The notes: generated by a model from the letters alone, not told the origin. A stretch of DNA of 55,238 nt from Thiotrichales bacterium (GCA_018658305.1 JABHVM010000030.1:1-55238); one strand, 5' to 3'. Shown: positions 11,224 to 21,731, numbered from the stretch's first letter. Numbers and translations are program-made.

Positions 11224-12372
11224 ATGGAATCATTTGACTCTAAAGCAGAGAACTACCCTAAAGCACGCCAAGCCACTATCATAGGTGGAGTTGTAAACCT
11301 TATTTTAAGTGCGCTTAAAATTTTAGTTGGGATTGTAGGTCAATCACAAGCGTTAGTTGCGGACGGAGTTCACTCCCTCTCTGATCTTATATCTGACATC
11401 ATGGTGCTCTATGCTGCCAAACAAGGGGGGCAAGAGGCAGATGAGGATCACCCTTATGGGCATGAGCGCCTAGAGACGCTCGCTACAATTGGGGTTGGAG
11501 TACTCTTAATTGCGGTGGCTATCGGTATATCTATTGATGCAACTGAACGACTCTTTAATCCTGAACAGTTATCAAACCCTACAGTTGTGGTACTTATTGT
11601 GGCTATCCTCTCTATATTCTCTAAGGAAGGGATCTACCGCTACACCTTAAAAGTTGCCGACGACATAAACTCCAACCTGTTACGCGCCAATGCCTGGCAC
11701 CACCGTAGTGATGCCCTCTCTTCTGTAGTTGTACTGGTTGGCGTTATTGGCACAATGGCTGGATTAGAATATTTAGATGCTATTGCTGCTATTGGAGTCT
11801 CTATAATGGTCGCAAAAGCTGGCGCAGAACTTGTTTGGGAGAGCTCTCAAGAGCTAGTGGATAGTGCGCTTAGTGGTCCTGAGGTTGAAGAGATAAAAAA
11901 AGAGATATCTAGTGTGGAAGGAGTATGCTCAATCCATCTACTGCGCACCCGTAGAATGGGAACCAAAGCTCTAGTTGATGTGCATGTTATGGTTGATCCT
12001 CGTCTGAGCGTCTCAGAGGGGCATCATATTGCAGATAGAGTGGCAGCGCAATTAACAGATAAGATCAAGGATGTGGAGGATGTAACAGTCCATATAGACC
12101 CAGAGAATGATGAGGAGAGCGCCCCATCGCTTCAACTTCCACTACGAAGTGAACTTTCAGAGCATATAAAGCTCTGCCTCAGTCCTATTCCTGAAAGTAG
12201 ATGGATAGACAATATGACGATCCACTATCTAAATGGAGAGATGGAGCTTGACCTTTGGATCCCACTCGATAAAATGGATTCCAGCTCCCATATGCAGAGC
12301 GTCACTACAGAACTAAAACGCTGTTTAGCTGATGATCCACAAATTAGTAAAATTAGAGCCGTCTATTTTTAA
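11224..12372 (+). CDS. Cation diffusion facilitator (FieF-like) transporter
   Basis: ADGVHSLSD, HPYGH, WHHRSD, VHIDP. Confidence 0.92.
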   Translation: MESFDSKAENYPKARQATIIGGVVNLILSALKILVGIVGQSQALVADGVHSLSDLISDIMVLYAAKQGGQEADEDHPYGHERLETLATIGVGVLLIAVAIGISIDATERLFNPEQLSNPTVVVLIVAILSIFSKEGIYRYTLKVADDINSNLLRANAWHHRSDALSSVVVLVGVIGTMAGLEYLDAIAAIGVSIMVAKAGAELVWESSQELVDSALSGPEVEEIKKEISSVEGVCSIHLLRTRRMGTKALVDVHVMVDPRLSVSEGHHIADRVAAQLTDKIKDVEDVTVHIDPENDEESAPSLQLPLRSELSEHIKLCLSPIPESRWIDNMTIHYLNGEMELDLWIPLDKMDSSSHMQSVTTELKRCLADDPQISKIRAVYF

Positions 12373-12490
12373 AACAATACACGCTAAATATTTCAACCCA
12401 CCTTTTGGCATAGTTTATTTTAAGTTATGATAGCATATGTTTTATATAATATTTTTTATACAATACAATAATTAATTAGGAGAAAATTTA

Positions 12491-13630
12491 GTGAAAACCA
12501 CTATACAGAAAACTTTTCTGAGAACAATATCTATCACTGCTCTACTGGCAGCGACTACTTTTTTAAGTGGATGCTCTCAAGATAGCAACCCTACCACCTC
12601 TGCCAACTCCACCACCTCTAAAAATTCAGAGCAGACTTATAACTTCAGCCTTGCCCACACTTGGCCAACTAAGTTCCCTATCTTTGGGGACGCGATTCAC
12701 AATATGGCAGAGATGGCGAATAAGATGTCTAATGGTCGGATCAATATCACCATCGACTCCAAAAATAAACATAAAGCACCTCTTGGTATCTTTGATATGG
12801 TTAAGTCTGGACAGTATGATATGGGGCACTCTGGTTCATACTACTGGAAAGGAAAGGTTCCAAACACTCTCTATTTTACCTCTATGCCTTTTGGAATGAC
12901 TGCAATGGAGCAGTACGCTTGGTTCTATCATGGTGGCGGCTTTGAGCTGACTCAAAAAGTTTACGAACCTCATAATCTAGTCTCATTTCCTGGTGGCAAC
13001 ACAGGAAACCAGATGGGTGGCTGGTTTCAAAAAGAGATAAACTCTATCGAAGATCTGCAAGGTCTGAAGATGAGAATCCCAGGATTTGCGGGAGAGGTTC
13101 TAGCTAAGGTCGGAGCTAAACCAACCAACATACCTGCAGGAGAACTTTATACGGCATTAGAGCGTGGCACTATAGATGCGCTGGAGTGGGTTGGACCATC
13201 TCTTGACCTCCGTATGGGATTCCATAAAATTGCGCCCTACTACTACACTGGCTGGCATGAACCAGGTTCAGAACTCCAATTTCTCTTTAACAAAGAGAAG
13301 TGGGAAAGTCTACCTGCTGATATAAAAGAGATTCTACGCGTTGCAATGCGCCTCTCTGCTTATGATATGTATGCCCATGCTTACCATGAGAGTGCGGAGA
13401 ACTGGGCGTCTATGAAGAGTGAATATCCAGATATTAGGGTAAAATCATTTCCAACTGAAGTACTACAGTCGATGAAAATTGCTAATGATGAACTACTAGC
13501 AGAACGGGCAGCAGCTGATCCGCTAGCAAAAGAGATTATAGCCTCACAAGCAGAGTATCTACAAAAAGCTCGAGCTTGGACAAAGATCTCAGATCAGAGC
13601 TATTATGAGACTATGGAAAAACTGCATTAA
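12491..13630 (+). CDS. TRAP transporter substrate-binding protein (DctP/TakP type), lipoprotein
   Basis: Lipobox FLSGC; YYWKGK, GNTGNQMGGWF, LKMRIPG, GWHEPG. Confidence 0.92.
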   Translation: MKTTIQKTFLRTISITALLAATTFLSGCSQDSNPTTSANSTTSKNSEQTYNFSLAHTWPTKFPIFGDAIHNMAEMANKMSNGRINITIDSKNKHKAPLGIFDMVKSGQYDMGHSGSYYWKGKVPNTLYFTSMPFGMTAMEQYAWFYHGGGFELTQKVYEPHNLVSFPGGNTGNQMGGWFQKEINSIEDLQGLKMRIPGFAGEVLAKVGAKPTNIPAGELYTALERGTIDALEWVGPSLDLRMGFHKIAPYYYTGWHEPGSELQFLFNKEKWESLPADIKEILRVAMRLSAYDMYAHAYHESAENWASMKSEYPDIRVKSFPTEVLQSMKIANDELLAERAAADPLAKEIIASQAEYLQKARAWTKISDQSYYETMEKLH

Positions 13631-13650
13631 GTTTAAAGCAGCAGTAAACA

Positions 13651-14163
13651 GTGAAAAAAATAGAAGAGCTTATATGTAAAATATCAGCCCTTACAGGGAA
13701 GGTAAGCGCTCTATTTCTCCTATTGCTGCTGTTAAATGTATTTTACGATGTTATTCTGCGCTATCTATTCAACGATGTCTCTATTGGAATGCAGGAGTTG
13801 GAGTGGCATCTCTATGCCTCGATATTTCTACTAGGAATATCCTACACCTTGACTCTCGACGGGCATGTCAGGGTTGACGTATTCTATGAGAATTTTTCTC
13901 CACAACGGCAAGCTCTAGTAAATGGAGTAGGAACTATACTTTTTATAATTCCATTCGCGCTCCTTATTAGTTGGTATGGAGTGCAATTTGCATGGGACTC
14001 TTATCAACTTGGAGAGAGTAGTGGCGACCCTGGTGGATTGCCATACCGCTGGATCATCAAGGCGATGATTCCTCTCTCCTCGGTTCTGCTTATCATAAGT
14101 AGCACTGGTTCACTACTTCGTAGCTGGCAGACGCTAAACAAGAGAGAGAGAAGTATCAAGTGA
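13651..14163 (+). CDS. TRAP transporter small permease (DctQ)
   Basis: QELEWHLY, HVRVD, GESSGDPGGLP. Confidence 0.92.
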   Translation: MKKIEELICKISALTGKVSALFLLLLLLNVFYDVILRYLFNDVSIGMQELEWHLYASIFLLGISYTLTLDGHVRVDVFYENFSPQRQALVNGVGTILFIIPFALLISWYGVQFAWDSYQLGESSGDPGGLPYRWIIKAMIPLSSVLLIISSTGSLLRSWQTLNKRERSIK

Positions 14164-15443
14164 TCGGCATTCTAATGTTTATCACCGCGCTCCTGTTGCT
14201 TCTATTCGGCTTCCCTGTAGCGTTCACCTTTGGAGGCGTTGCGCTGCTCTTTGGCGTAGTGGCAGAAGGTGCAGATATCTTTGCCTTTATGCCATTTAGA
14301 ATTCAATCCATTATGGAGAACTCCACCTTGATGGCGGTGCCACTCTTTATCTTTATGGGTATTATGCTTCAAAAGACAGAGTTAGCAGAGCAACTTCTTG
14401 AGGCGATGGCAAAACTTTTTGGTAAACTCTCTGGTGGAGTTGCAATATCTACTATTATTGTTGGAACTCTCCTCGCTGCATCTACAGGAGTGGTTGGTGC
14501 GAGCGTAGTTGCAATGGGGGTAATATCACTTCCAGTAATGCTCAAGTACCGTTACAACCGCCCTCTAAGCTGTGGAGTTATCTGTGCATCAGGAACTCTA
14601 GGGCAGATAATTCCTCCATCCATTATTTTAATTATTCTGGGAGATGTGATGGGACTAGCTGTTGGTGATCTATTTAGAGCCGCCGTAATCCCAGGAGTAA
14701 CTCTGGTTGGGCTCTATATTATCTATGTACTCACCTACTCTCATCTAGTTGAAGGGAGTGCACCAGCAATTCCTTTCGATGATGACAAATCTTTAGGAAA
14801 GCAATATATAAATGCCCTCAAAGCGATTATTCCACCTCTACTTCTTATTATTGTAGTGCTAGGATCTATCTTCGCAGGGATCGCAACTCCCACAGAGTCC
14901 TCCGCAGTAGGAGGAGTTGGTGCAATCTTGCTTGCTATCCTCTACCGAAAATTCTCTCTGAAAGCACTATTTGAGAGCGCAGAGGAGACCGTAAAGATAA
15001 CCTCAATGGTCTTTGCAATCCTGATTGGGGCAACTGCATTCTCGATGGCATTCACCTACACTGGCGGAGATCTAGTTGTAGAGGAGTATCTCTTACAGCT
15101 CCCTGGAGAAAAGTGGGGATTTTTAATATTCTCTATGCTATTTATTCTGCTACTAGGATTCTTTATCGACTTTGTAGAGATCGCATTTATTGTGGTTCCT
15201 ATCCTACTTCCAATCGCAGAGCTACTTGGCATTCCTCTACTCTGGTTCGCGATACTGATTGCAATGAACTTACAGACCTCATTCCTCACCCCACCATTTG
15301 GCTTTAGTCTCTTCTATCTAAAAGGGGTTGCACCGCCAGAGATTAGAACCACCGATATCTATAGAGGGGTCGTTCCATTCATCTTAATTCAGATCGCAGT
15401 ACTGGCATCCATTCTGCTCTTCCCCGCATTTTACAATCTATAA
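14160..15443 (+). CDS. TRAP transporter large permease (DctM)
   Basis: AVPLFIFMG, SGTLGQIIPPS, QTSFLTPPFG. Confidence 0.94.
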   Translation: MIGILMFITALLLLLFGFPVAFTFGGVALLFGVVAEGADIFAFMPFRIQSIMENSTLMAVPLFIFMGIMLQKTELAEQLLEAMAKLFGKLSGGVAISTIIVGTLLAASTGVVGASVVAMGVISLPVMLKYRYNRPLSCGVICASGTLGQIIPPSIILIILGDVMGLAVGDLFRAAVIPGVTLVGLYIIYVLTYSHLVEGSAPAIPFDDDKSLGKQYINALKAIIPPLLLIIVVLGSIFAGIATPTESSAVGGVGAILLAILYRKFSLKALFESAEETVKITSMVFAILIGATAFSMAFTYTGGDLVVEEYLLQLPGEKWGFLIFSMLFILLLGFFIDFVEIAFIVVPILLPIAELLGIPLLWFAILIAMNLQTSFLTPPFGFSLFYLKGVAPPEIRTTDIYRGVVPFILIQIAVLASILLFPAFYNL

Positions 15444-15480
15444 TCGTTACTCTATTACTTTATTTTTTTGTAATTTTTTG

Positions 15481-15509
15481 TTGCGATTACTGCTTAACCA
15501 CTATATAAT
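15481..15509 (+). promoter_or_regulatory. Sigma70-type promoter of the small ORF
   Basis: TTGCGA-N17-TATAAT. Confidence 0.65.
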
Positions 15510-15619
15510 ACGCGTTCAATATTTTAAGATTAATTGATTTTAAGATTAATTTAAGTCGTGACTGTTTTTAACTGCAAACTCTTACAGTGACACCACGACA
15601 ACTACGCAAGAGGTAATTT

Positions 15620-15781
15620 ATGAGCGCACCATCCAGTACTAGACCTAAAGTTCCTGAAGGCAAATCACGATATTTTGTAACCCGTCAGAAAGAAGCGGAT
15701 GAGAAAGGCTTCGTTGGCTATGAGACTATTTGGGAACCAATGCAAAAAGTTGCTGAGTACCAAACTCCAAAACGCCCATAA
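15620..15781 (+). CDS. Small hypothetical protein, 53 aa (MSAPSSTRPKVPEGKSRYFVTRQKEADEKGFVGYETIWEPMQKVAEYQTPKRP)
   Basis: Below the ORF-track cutoff; GAGGT RBS just before ATG, upstream promoter and downstream terminator. Confidence 0.75.
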   Translation: MSAPSSTRPKVPEGKSRYFVTRQKEADEKGFVGYETIWEPMQKVAEYQTPKRP

Positions 15782-15796
15782 TATAGTTCTGAGCGT

Positions 15797-15844
15797 TAAC
15801 TAAAAAAGCACTGATTGGATATCCAATCAGTGCTTTTTTAGTTA
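15797..15844. terminator. Bidirectional intrinsic terminator (perfect 48-bp palindrome)
   Basis: TAACTAAAAAAGCACTGATTGGAT|ATCCAATCAGTGCTTTTTTAGTTA between convergent genes. Confidence 0.8.
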
Positions 15845-15879
15845 CTAACTTTAGCTGCTAATTTTATTTGATTACCGCA

Positions 15880-16395
15880 TTAAATCGGCACTGCGTTAGC
15901 GTACTCAATATCAGGTCCTTCAACTATTTTGGTGCCTGCTTCAAGCTCTTCTACTGTTGCTTCTCTGACTGATAAAATCTCTAGCGTAAAGAGTAAGTCT
16001 CTTCCGCAGAGTGGGTTATTCCCATCAACCGTCAAGGTCTCATCATCTATTCTGGTGACGATAAACTCTTTAGGATCACCCTTATCATTTTCCATCACAA
16101 TTTTCATACCGATTTCACGGTACGCTTCAGGCACATTTTCGATGCGATCGGTGAAGACTAACTTCTCGTCTCTCGCCCCGTAAATCTGGTTACCATCAAT
16201 GGGGACTTCTATCACATCCCCTGCAACGCGACCTTCTAGTTGTGCTGTGACTACCGAGGCTAAAACCTCACCGCTTCCATGCACATAACTCAGAGGAAAC
16301 TCTACTGTTGATAATACCTGTCCAGTTTTCTCATCAACTACTTTGTAGTTTAGCTCGACTAGTTTATTATCTTCTACTATATCTTTTGTACTCAT
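15880..16395 (-). CDS. FKBP-type peptidyl-prolyl isomerase, SlyD-like
   Basis: PLSYVHG, TVDGNNPLCGRDLLF, SVREATVEEL; no His-rich tail. Confidence 0.85.
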   Translation of the reverse strand: MSTKDIVEDNKLVELNYKVVDEKTGQVLSTVEFPLSYVHGSGEVLASVVTAQLEGRVAGDVIEVPIDGNQIYGARDEKLVFTDRIENVPEAYREIGMKIVMENDKGDPKEFIVTRIDDETLTVDGNNPLCGRDLLFTLEILSVREATVEELEAGTKIVEGPDIEYANAVPI

Positions 16396-16403
16396 ATATA
16401 TCC

Positions 16404-16757
16404 TTAGAAAATTGAGGCTGCAAATATTTTCAGTTCGCTCTTTTCATTATAGCCGAGAACCATACGCCCTAACCACTCACCCTCTTTTTGGGTGCTACGA
16501 ATTCTAAACAGCATTGTCACATGCTCACCTCGACGAATGAAGCCGATAAAATCATAATCTGGTGAGAGGTTGCGCGCTAACTCACTTTTAGCGAACTGTT
16601 TGCCGACCTCTATCTCATTCAGACCGAGCAGTAGATCATAGGAGAAGTGGCGAATAAATTTTCCGTACTGTCCTTTGTTGGAGTATTTAATGAGGTCATT
16701 CCATAGTGGAAGACCAATTTCTAGCAGCTCTTTATCACTCTTTTCAATAATATTCAT
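16404..16757 (-). CDS. Hypothetical protein downstream of aprA
   Basis: 117 aa from MNIIEK with GAG RBS; the ORF-track extension to 16856 looks intergenic. Confidence 0.65.
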   Translation of the reverse strand: MNIIEKSDKELLEIGLPLWNDLIKYSNKGQYGKFIRHFSYDLLLGLNEIEVGKQFAKSELARNLSPDYDFIGFIRRGEHVTMLFRIRSTQKEGEWLGRMVLGYNEKSELKIFAASIF

Positions 16758-16893
16758 TCTGTTTTTTCTCTTAGTTATAAAATTGTATCTATAAGTTTTA
16801 AATATAAAAAAAGACCAACAATTTTGCTTGTTGATCTTTTTTTGTAATCTTATCAAGCATCAACTGTGACACCCGATAAGATTGAGAGAAGTA

Positions 16894-18765
16894 CTACTCC
16901 TCATCCTCTCCGACTAGATGGTAACAAGGAGCTTTCTCCATTGTATACTCACCTGTCTTAGGATCACGACGAGAAACAGTCAGTACATGCCAGTTCTCAT
17001 CATCCAGTTTAAGAGCATCACCACGGTAGTAGTAACCAGGCCAGCGAGTCTCTTTACGGAATAGAGTATGATGCATAACAGACTCAGAAGCAAGTTGACG
17101 ATGCTTCAGCTCCCATGCACGTAGTAGCTCATGAATATCTTTCGCTGCTACTTTCTCTAGATCCTCTTCAAGAAGCTTCATCTTCTTCAGGCCGATATTG
17201 AGAAGTGTCTCATTAGTCATGTAGTTTACTGTTACACCACCAGCATACTCATCCATCATCTTCTGTAGACGATCAAGACCTTGGCGTGGGTTGATGTAGT
17301 TAGGGTTAACATCTCCAGCAACGATTTCGTTACGGTTAACTTTATAGTGCTCCATTGGTCTATAAATATCAACTTTACGGCGCTCGATCTGCTCTTGAGA
17401 GACATTAATACCATCAGCCTTGCCATCATCAATATATTGGCATGCAGCCTTAGCTGCCAGACGGCCTTCAGTAAATGAACCAGAAGAGAATGCGTGAGGT
17501 GTACCACCTACTGCATCACCTGCACCAAATAGCCCCTCTACCGTTGTCATACGGTTATAACCCCAGAAGTACTCATCAGGAGAGATATCTTCAGGACCAG
17601 AACACCATGCGCCACAACCAGTTGCATGTGAACCCATTACATAAGGCTCAGAAGTTGTTAGCTCAGGGTTCTCATATTTTGGATTTACATCAGTAGATGC
17701 CCAAAGTACTGCCTGACCAACAGTCATACCCAAGAAGTTATGCCAACCGATCTCTTCAAGATGCGGGTCTTGGAATGCTTCCATTGTTACCATCTGGATA
17801 GGACCTTTACCTGCAGCAACTTCGTTAATAAACGCATGGTTACGCAAGCAAGTTGGAATTGGCTTATGAGACAGATGCTGACCTTCAGTATCCAAATACT
17901 CTTTACCTACCATCTTAGATAGCTCAGGGAACCATTTTGACTCATACTCTTCACCATCACAGTTCTGAGTGTAAGTTTTAAGATGCAAGAAGTATGCTCC
18001 TACAGGACCATAACCATCTTTGAATCGAGCCAATACGATACGATTCTCCATCTGAGTCATCTTCGCACCAGCTTCAATCATAAGACCATAAGCAGAACCA
18101 GAAGACCAAGGTGCATACCATACACGACCCGCACCCTCACCTACAGAGCGAGGTTTAAAGATGTTAGATGCACCACCTGCACCGACGATCACTGTCTTAG
18201 ATTTAAAGACATGGTAGTTACCAGTACGGACGTTAAAACCTACAGCACCCGCAACACGATTCTCTTTCGCATCATCCATCAACAGATGAGTCACACAGAT
18301 ACGGTTGAATGTTTTATCAGCAGACTTAGTTGCAGCTTCAGCAACCATAGGCTTATAAGACTCACCGTGAATCATAATCTGCCAGCGACCTTCTCTCAAG
18401 TAGGTTCCTGTCTCTGGGTTTTTCATGATAGGCATGCCCCACTCTTCAAACTGGTGCACCGCCGAATCAACATGGCGAGCCATATCAAATAGGAGATCTT
18501 CACGCACCATTCCCATTAGATCCATTCGTGCATAACGAACGTGATCTTCAGGATTGTTCTCACCAAAGCGAGTTCCCATATAGCAGTTGATCGCATAAAG
18601 ACCCTGTGCAACCGCACCAGAGCGGTTAATGTTTGCTTTTTCAGCAATAACGATATTCTTATCTTTACCCCAATAACGAGCTTCCCAAGCGGCACCACTA
18701 CCACCTAGACCAGCTCCTGCTACTAGAACATCAATATTATCTTCAATAATTGTTTTGTAAGCCAT
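16894..18765 (-). CDS. aprA: Adenylylsulfate reductase alpha subunit
   Basis: RSGAVAQGL, WQIMIHGESYKP, HAFSSGSF, ETRWPGYYYRGD. Confidence 0.98.
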   Translation of the reverse strand: MAYKTIIEDNIDVLVAGAGLGGSGAAWEARYWGKDKNIVIAEKANINRSGAVAQGLYAINCYMGTRFGENNPEDHVRYARMDLMGMVREDLLFDMARHVDSAVHQFEEWGMPIMKNPETGTYLREGRWQIMIHGESYKPMVAEAATKSADKTFNRICVTHLLMDDAKENRVAGAVGFNVRTGNYHVFKSKTVIVGAGGASNIFKPRSVGEGAGRVWYAPWSSGSAYGLMIEAGAKMTQMENRIVLARFKDGYGPVGAYFLHLKTYTQNCDGEEYESKWFPELSKMVGKEYLDTEGQHLSHKPIPTCLRNHAFINEVAAGKGPIQMVTMEAFQDPHLEEIGWHNFLGMTVGQAVLWASTDVNPKYENPELTTSEPYVMGSHATGCGAWCSGPEDISPDEYFWGYNRMTTVEGLFGAGDAVGGTPHAFSSGSFTEGRLAAKAACQYIDDGKADGINVSQEQIERRKVDIYRPMEHYKVNRNEIVAGDVNPNYINPRQGLDRLQKMMDEYAGGVTVNYMTNETLLNIGLKKMKLLEEDLEKVAAKDIHELLRAWELKHRQLASESVMHHTLFRKETRWPGYYYRGDALKLDDENWHVLTVSRRDPKTGEYTMEKAPCYHLVGEDEE

Positions 18766-19247
18766 TAGTAATATACTCCCTCTTTCAATTTCAGTCCATT
18801 AGATTCCAAAGTGTGCAGGCCGCCATCATCTAAGCGAATATACTTTGGTTCGTTGTATAACAACTGGCTATTACGCATATCATCAGCCGGTGCAGGAGCA
18901 TCAGAAAGCTGCGGGATATTCTCACCCCATGGCTTTGTAGTGATCGGTGCGACCAAACTTAGGTCCATCTCTTCGTTACGAGATTTGATGCGCCAAGAGA
19001 TAATTCCCTTCTCCTCATCACGAACAACTCGTACAGAGTGTCCTAGTGGTGCAAAGTCAGCATAACCACGGACATCAATTGCGTGATGTGGGCAAGCTTT
19101 TACACATGAATAACACTCCCAACACATGTTAGGTTCAATATTGTAAGCACGACGATACTCTTTATCGATGTGCATAATGTCAGATGGGCAGATATCAACA
19201 CAGTGTCCACAGCCATCACAACGGGTCATATATACAAAAGTAGGCAT
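18765..19247 (-). CDS. aprB: Adenylylsulfate reductase beta subunit
   Basis: MPTFV, CDGCGHCVDICP, CWECYSCVKACP, RGYADFAPLG. Confidence 0.98.
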   Translation of the reverse strand: MPTFVYMTRCDGCGHCVDICPSDIMHIDKEYRRAYNIEPNMCWECYSCVKACPHHAIDVRGYADFAPLGHSVRVVRDEEKGIISWRIKSRNEEMDLSLVAPITTKPWGENIPQLSDAPAPADDMRNSQLLYNEPKYIRLDDGGLHTLESNGLKLKEGVYY

Positions 19248-19285
19248 AATATTTCCTTTTCGTTTAGATTAGATTAGTTTTAAAA

Positions 19286-20107
19286 TTAGTAATGTTTAGG
19301 CTCTTCGCGCTTGATACCAAGCCCCATGTTCTCTGGATTTTTTCCCATATACTGAGGAATATCTGGAAATCTCTCATGTGTCGCAGGAGAGTTCAGATCA
19401 ATATCTTCAGGTAGGTTTTCATTAGAACCATCCGCATGAACAACGCGTTTATTAAATGCTGCTGCTGGTTTGAAGAACATATGCGCAAACTTAGACCAGT
19501 ATACACCACCAAATAGTGAAGCAGTTGCAAGGATAACTATAATAAACCAAACTCCTGTACCAGCGCCAGTCAGTGACCATCCTAATGCAGCTGTAGAAGT
19601 TGCCATCAATGAAAGACTGAACATATCACGTTTAATTTCAATATTTGTCCAAGCATTGCCTTCCGCAGCGACATCTACTTTAAACACAAACCAGAACCAC
19701 CAGCTTCCGATAAAGAGACTCAACGCACCCGTGTGCCATACTGTGTTCAGAGTTGCATCTGCGGCATTCTCACCGAAGATCATCATCGCAGTAGTTGCAT
19801 TAAAAGCGATAAAACCATACATTGTAAGCAGATGAACGAGACGACGAGTCTGATTATGGAACTCACCAGAAAGAACAACATCAGTTACAACGGTCTGTAC
19901 AAGGATTGAACCCTTACTAACAGATTTAGTAGCATTCTTCTCTGCTTTTTTGGTACTCTCAAAAAAGTACTGTGCACTTTTCTTGTGCATCATATCGAGC
20001 ACAGTCATCACGATCACCAATGCAACCATTACGGTTACATAAGTCTGCATAGATGCGTATCCGATACCTGCATCTACTAAGGATTGAATGGGTGTGTTTG
20101 AAAACAT
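19286..20107 (-). CDS. aprM: APS reductase membrane anchor
   Basis: HKKSAQYFF, HLLTMYGF, WSKFAHMFFKP; lies between sat and aprB. Confidence 0.92.
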   Translation of the reverse strand: MFSNTPIQSLVDAGIGYASMQTYVTVMVALVIVMTVLDMMHKKSAQYFFESTKKAEKNATKSVSKGSILVQTVVTDVVLSGEFHNQTRRLVHLLTMYGFIAFNATTAMMIFGENAADATLNTVWHTGALSLFIGSWWFWFVFKVDVAAEGNAWTNIEIKRDMFSLSLMATSTAALGWSLTGAGTGVWFIIVILATASLFGGVYWSKFAHMFFKPAAAFNKRVVHADGSNENLPEDIDLNSPATHERFPDIPQYMGKNPENMGLGIKREEPKHY

Positions 20108-20228
20108 ATTTACTTTCCTTTTATTAAATTAAACAAAACAACTCACTTATATTACTATATTTACATTTATAACTTTTCACAACTTAAAACAACAAAATCA
20201 TCTAGCAAACTCTCTTACTAAGTAGCCA

Positions 20229-21446
20229 CTACTGAGCTGAATGTCCTTTCATCTCAATCTTGACATTCTCCTCAGAGCTAAGGGTTGCATAGTAATCTTG
20301 CAACACCTTAGCAACCTCTGGGCGACTAAAGGTAGCAGGAAGCTCCTCACCTTCAGACAACATCTTACGCACCTTAGTACCAGACAAGAGAATTCGATCA
20401 TCCTTTCCGTGTGGGCAGGTCTTCATAGATGCCATACCGTCACATGCATTACACCAGAATGTCCAGTCGATTCTCAGTGGTTGAGTCTCGAGCGCATCCT
20501 CTGGGATCTCATCAAAGATGGCTTGTGCATCAAATGGACCGTAGTAATCACCCACACCCGCATGATCACGTCCAACAATCAGATGAGAACAGCCGTAGTT
20601 CTGGCGGAACACTGCATGCAGCAATGCCTCACGAGGACCTGCAAAACGCATATCCAGTGGGTAGCCAGCTTGTACTACGCTGTTAGGGACGAAATAGTTA
20701 TCGATTAGGGTTTGAATTGCTTTAGAGCGAGTCTCTGCAGGAATATCGCCATCTTTCAGCTTACCTAATGTTGAGTGAACCAGTACACCGTCCAAAGTTT
20801 CGATTGCGATCTTCGCAAGATACTCATGTGAGCGGTGCATTGGGTTACGGGTCTGGAACGCTGCAATAGTGTTCCACCCTTTAGAATCAAAGAGTGCGCG
20901 AGTCTGCTCTGGAGTCATAAACTGCTCCCCATAAGTCTCAGGGAAGCCACCAAGAGAGAGCACCTTAATTGGTCCAGCTAGGTTTACATCACCCTGAGCC
21001 ATAACCATCTTAACTCCTGGATGATCTGTATCTGTAGTCTTATACACAGATTTACACTCATGCTCTTTATCAATGCCGTACTTCTCATTGACTGTCATAG
21101 TTGCGACAATAGAACCACTCTCTGCATCCACTAGAGCTACATCAGCGCCTTCGTGAGTATTCTCAGCAGTAGCACTATCTGTAGATAGAGTTACTGGAAT
21201 TGGCCAGAAGAGACCGCTCTCCATAGTATATGTGTCACAAACTCCTTTCCAGTCTGCGTGATTCATAAAACCAGTTAGTGGAGTAAAACCTCCAATTCCC
21301 ATCATATATATATCACCAGCTTCTCGAGAGGTGATCTTAATTTTTGGAAGAGATTCAGCGCGAGCTTTCTCATCTTCAAGGGCTGTTCCTTCTAGGAGCA
21401 GTGAGTTCAGCTCGCCGCCGCCATGTGGTTTTACTAGGTTAGACAT
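20229..21446 (-). CDS. sat: Sulfate adenylyltransferase
   Basis: [29 protein letters not shown]; start at MSNLVKPHG after an AAGGA RBS. Confidence 0.98.
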   Translation of the reverse strand: MSNLVKPHGGGELNSLLLEGTALEDEKARAESLPKIKITSREAGDIYMMGIGGFTPLTGFMNHADWKGVCDTYTMESGLFWPIPVTLSTDSATAENTHEGADVALVDAESGSIVATMTVNEKYGIDKEHECKSVYKTTDTDHPGVKMVMAQGDVNLAGPIKVLSLGGFPETYGEQFMTPEQTRALFDSKGWNTIAAFQTRNPMHRSHEYLAKIAIETLDGVLVHSTLGKLKDGDIPAETRSKAIQTLIDNYFVPNSVVQAGYPLDMRFAGPREALLHAVFRQNYGCSHLIVGRDHAGVGDYYGPFDAQAIFDEIPEDALETQPLRIDWTFWCNACDGMASMKTCPHGKDDRILLSGTKVRKMLSEGEELPATFSRPEVAKVLQDYYATLSSEENVKIEMKGHSAQ

Positions 21447-21731
21447 ATTTTTTATATTCCTTATAATAGTATTATCAACAATTAATATTGAAATCTTACT
21501 CACGCTATCAGTCATTTTAAATTTTTGACTCTTTTGAGATTGGCTACTTTACTCCTCTTACCAGCTCTTTCAAGCAGATATTTTTTCTTTAGCTATAAAT
21601 TAAACTTATCAGCACAAGTTTTTTTTATAGAGTATAAAATTCCCTAATGCTCAATGCGAAGCATTCTCAACTACAGCTAGATAAATCATACTCTACATAC
21701 AATATTATATAATTATGAGATACTCTGCATT

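Noticed and set aside
12405-12421. TGGCA motif upstream of the TRAP operon as a sigma54 promoter
   Set aside because: No GC at the -12 position; the same applies to TGGCATAAT upstream of rnfC.
17983-18492. 169-aa plus-strand ORF and similar short ORFs inside apr, sat, nap, rnf and leu genes
   Set aside because: They overlap well-supported genes antisense or out of frame and show no motifs.
16894-21446. Dissimilatory sulfate reduction
   Set aside because: AprM rather than QmoABC, in a gammaproteobacterial context, indicates the oxidative direction.
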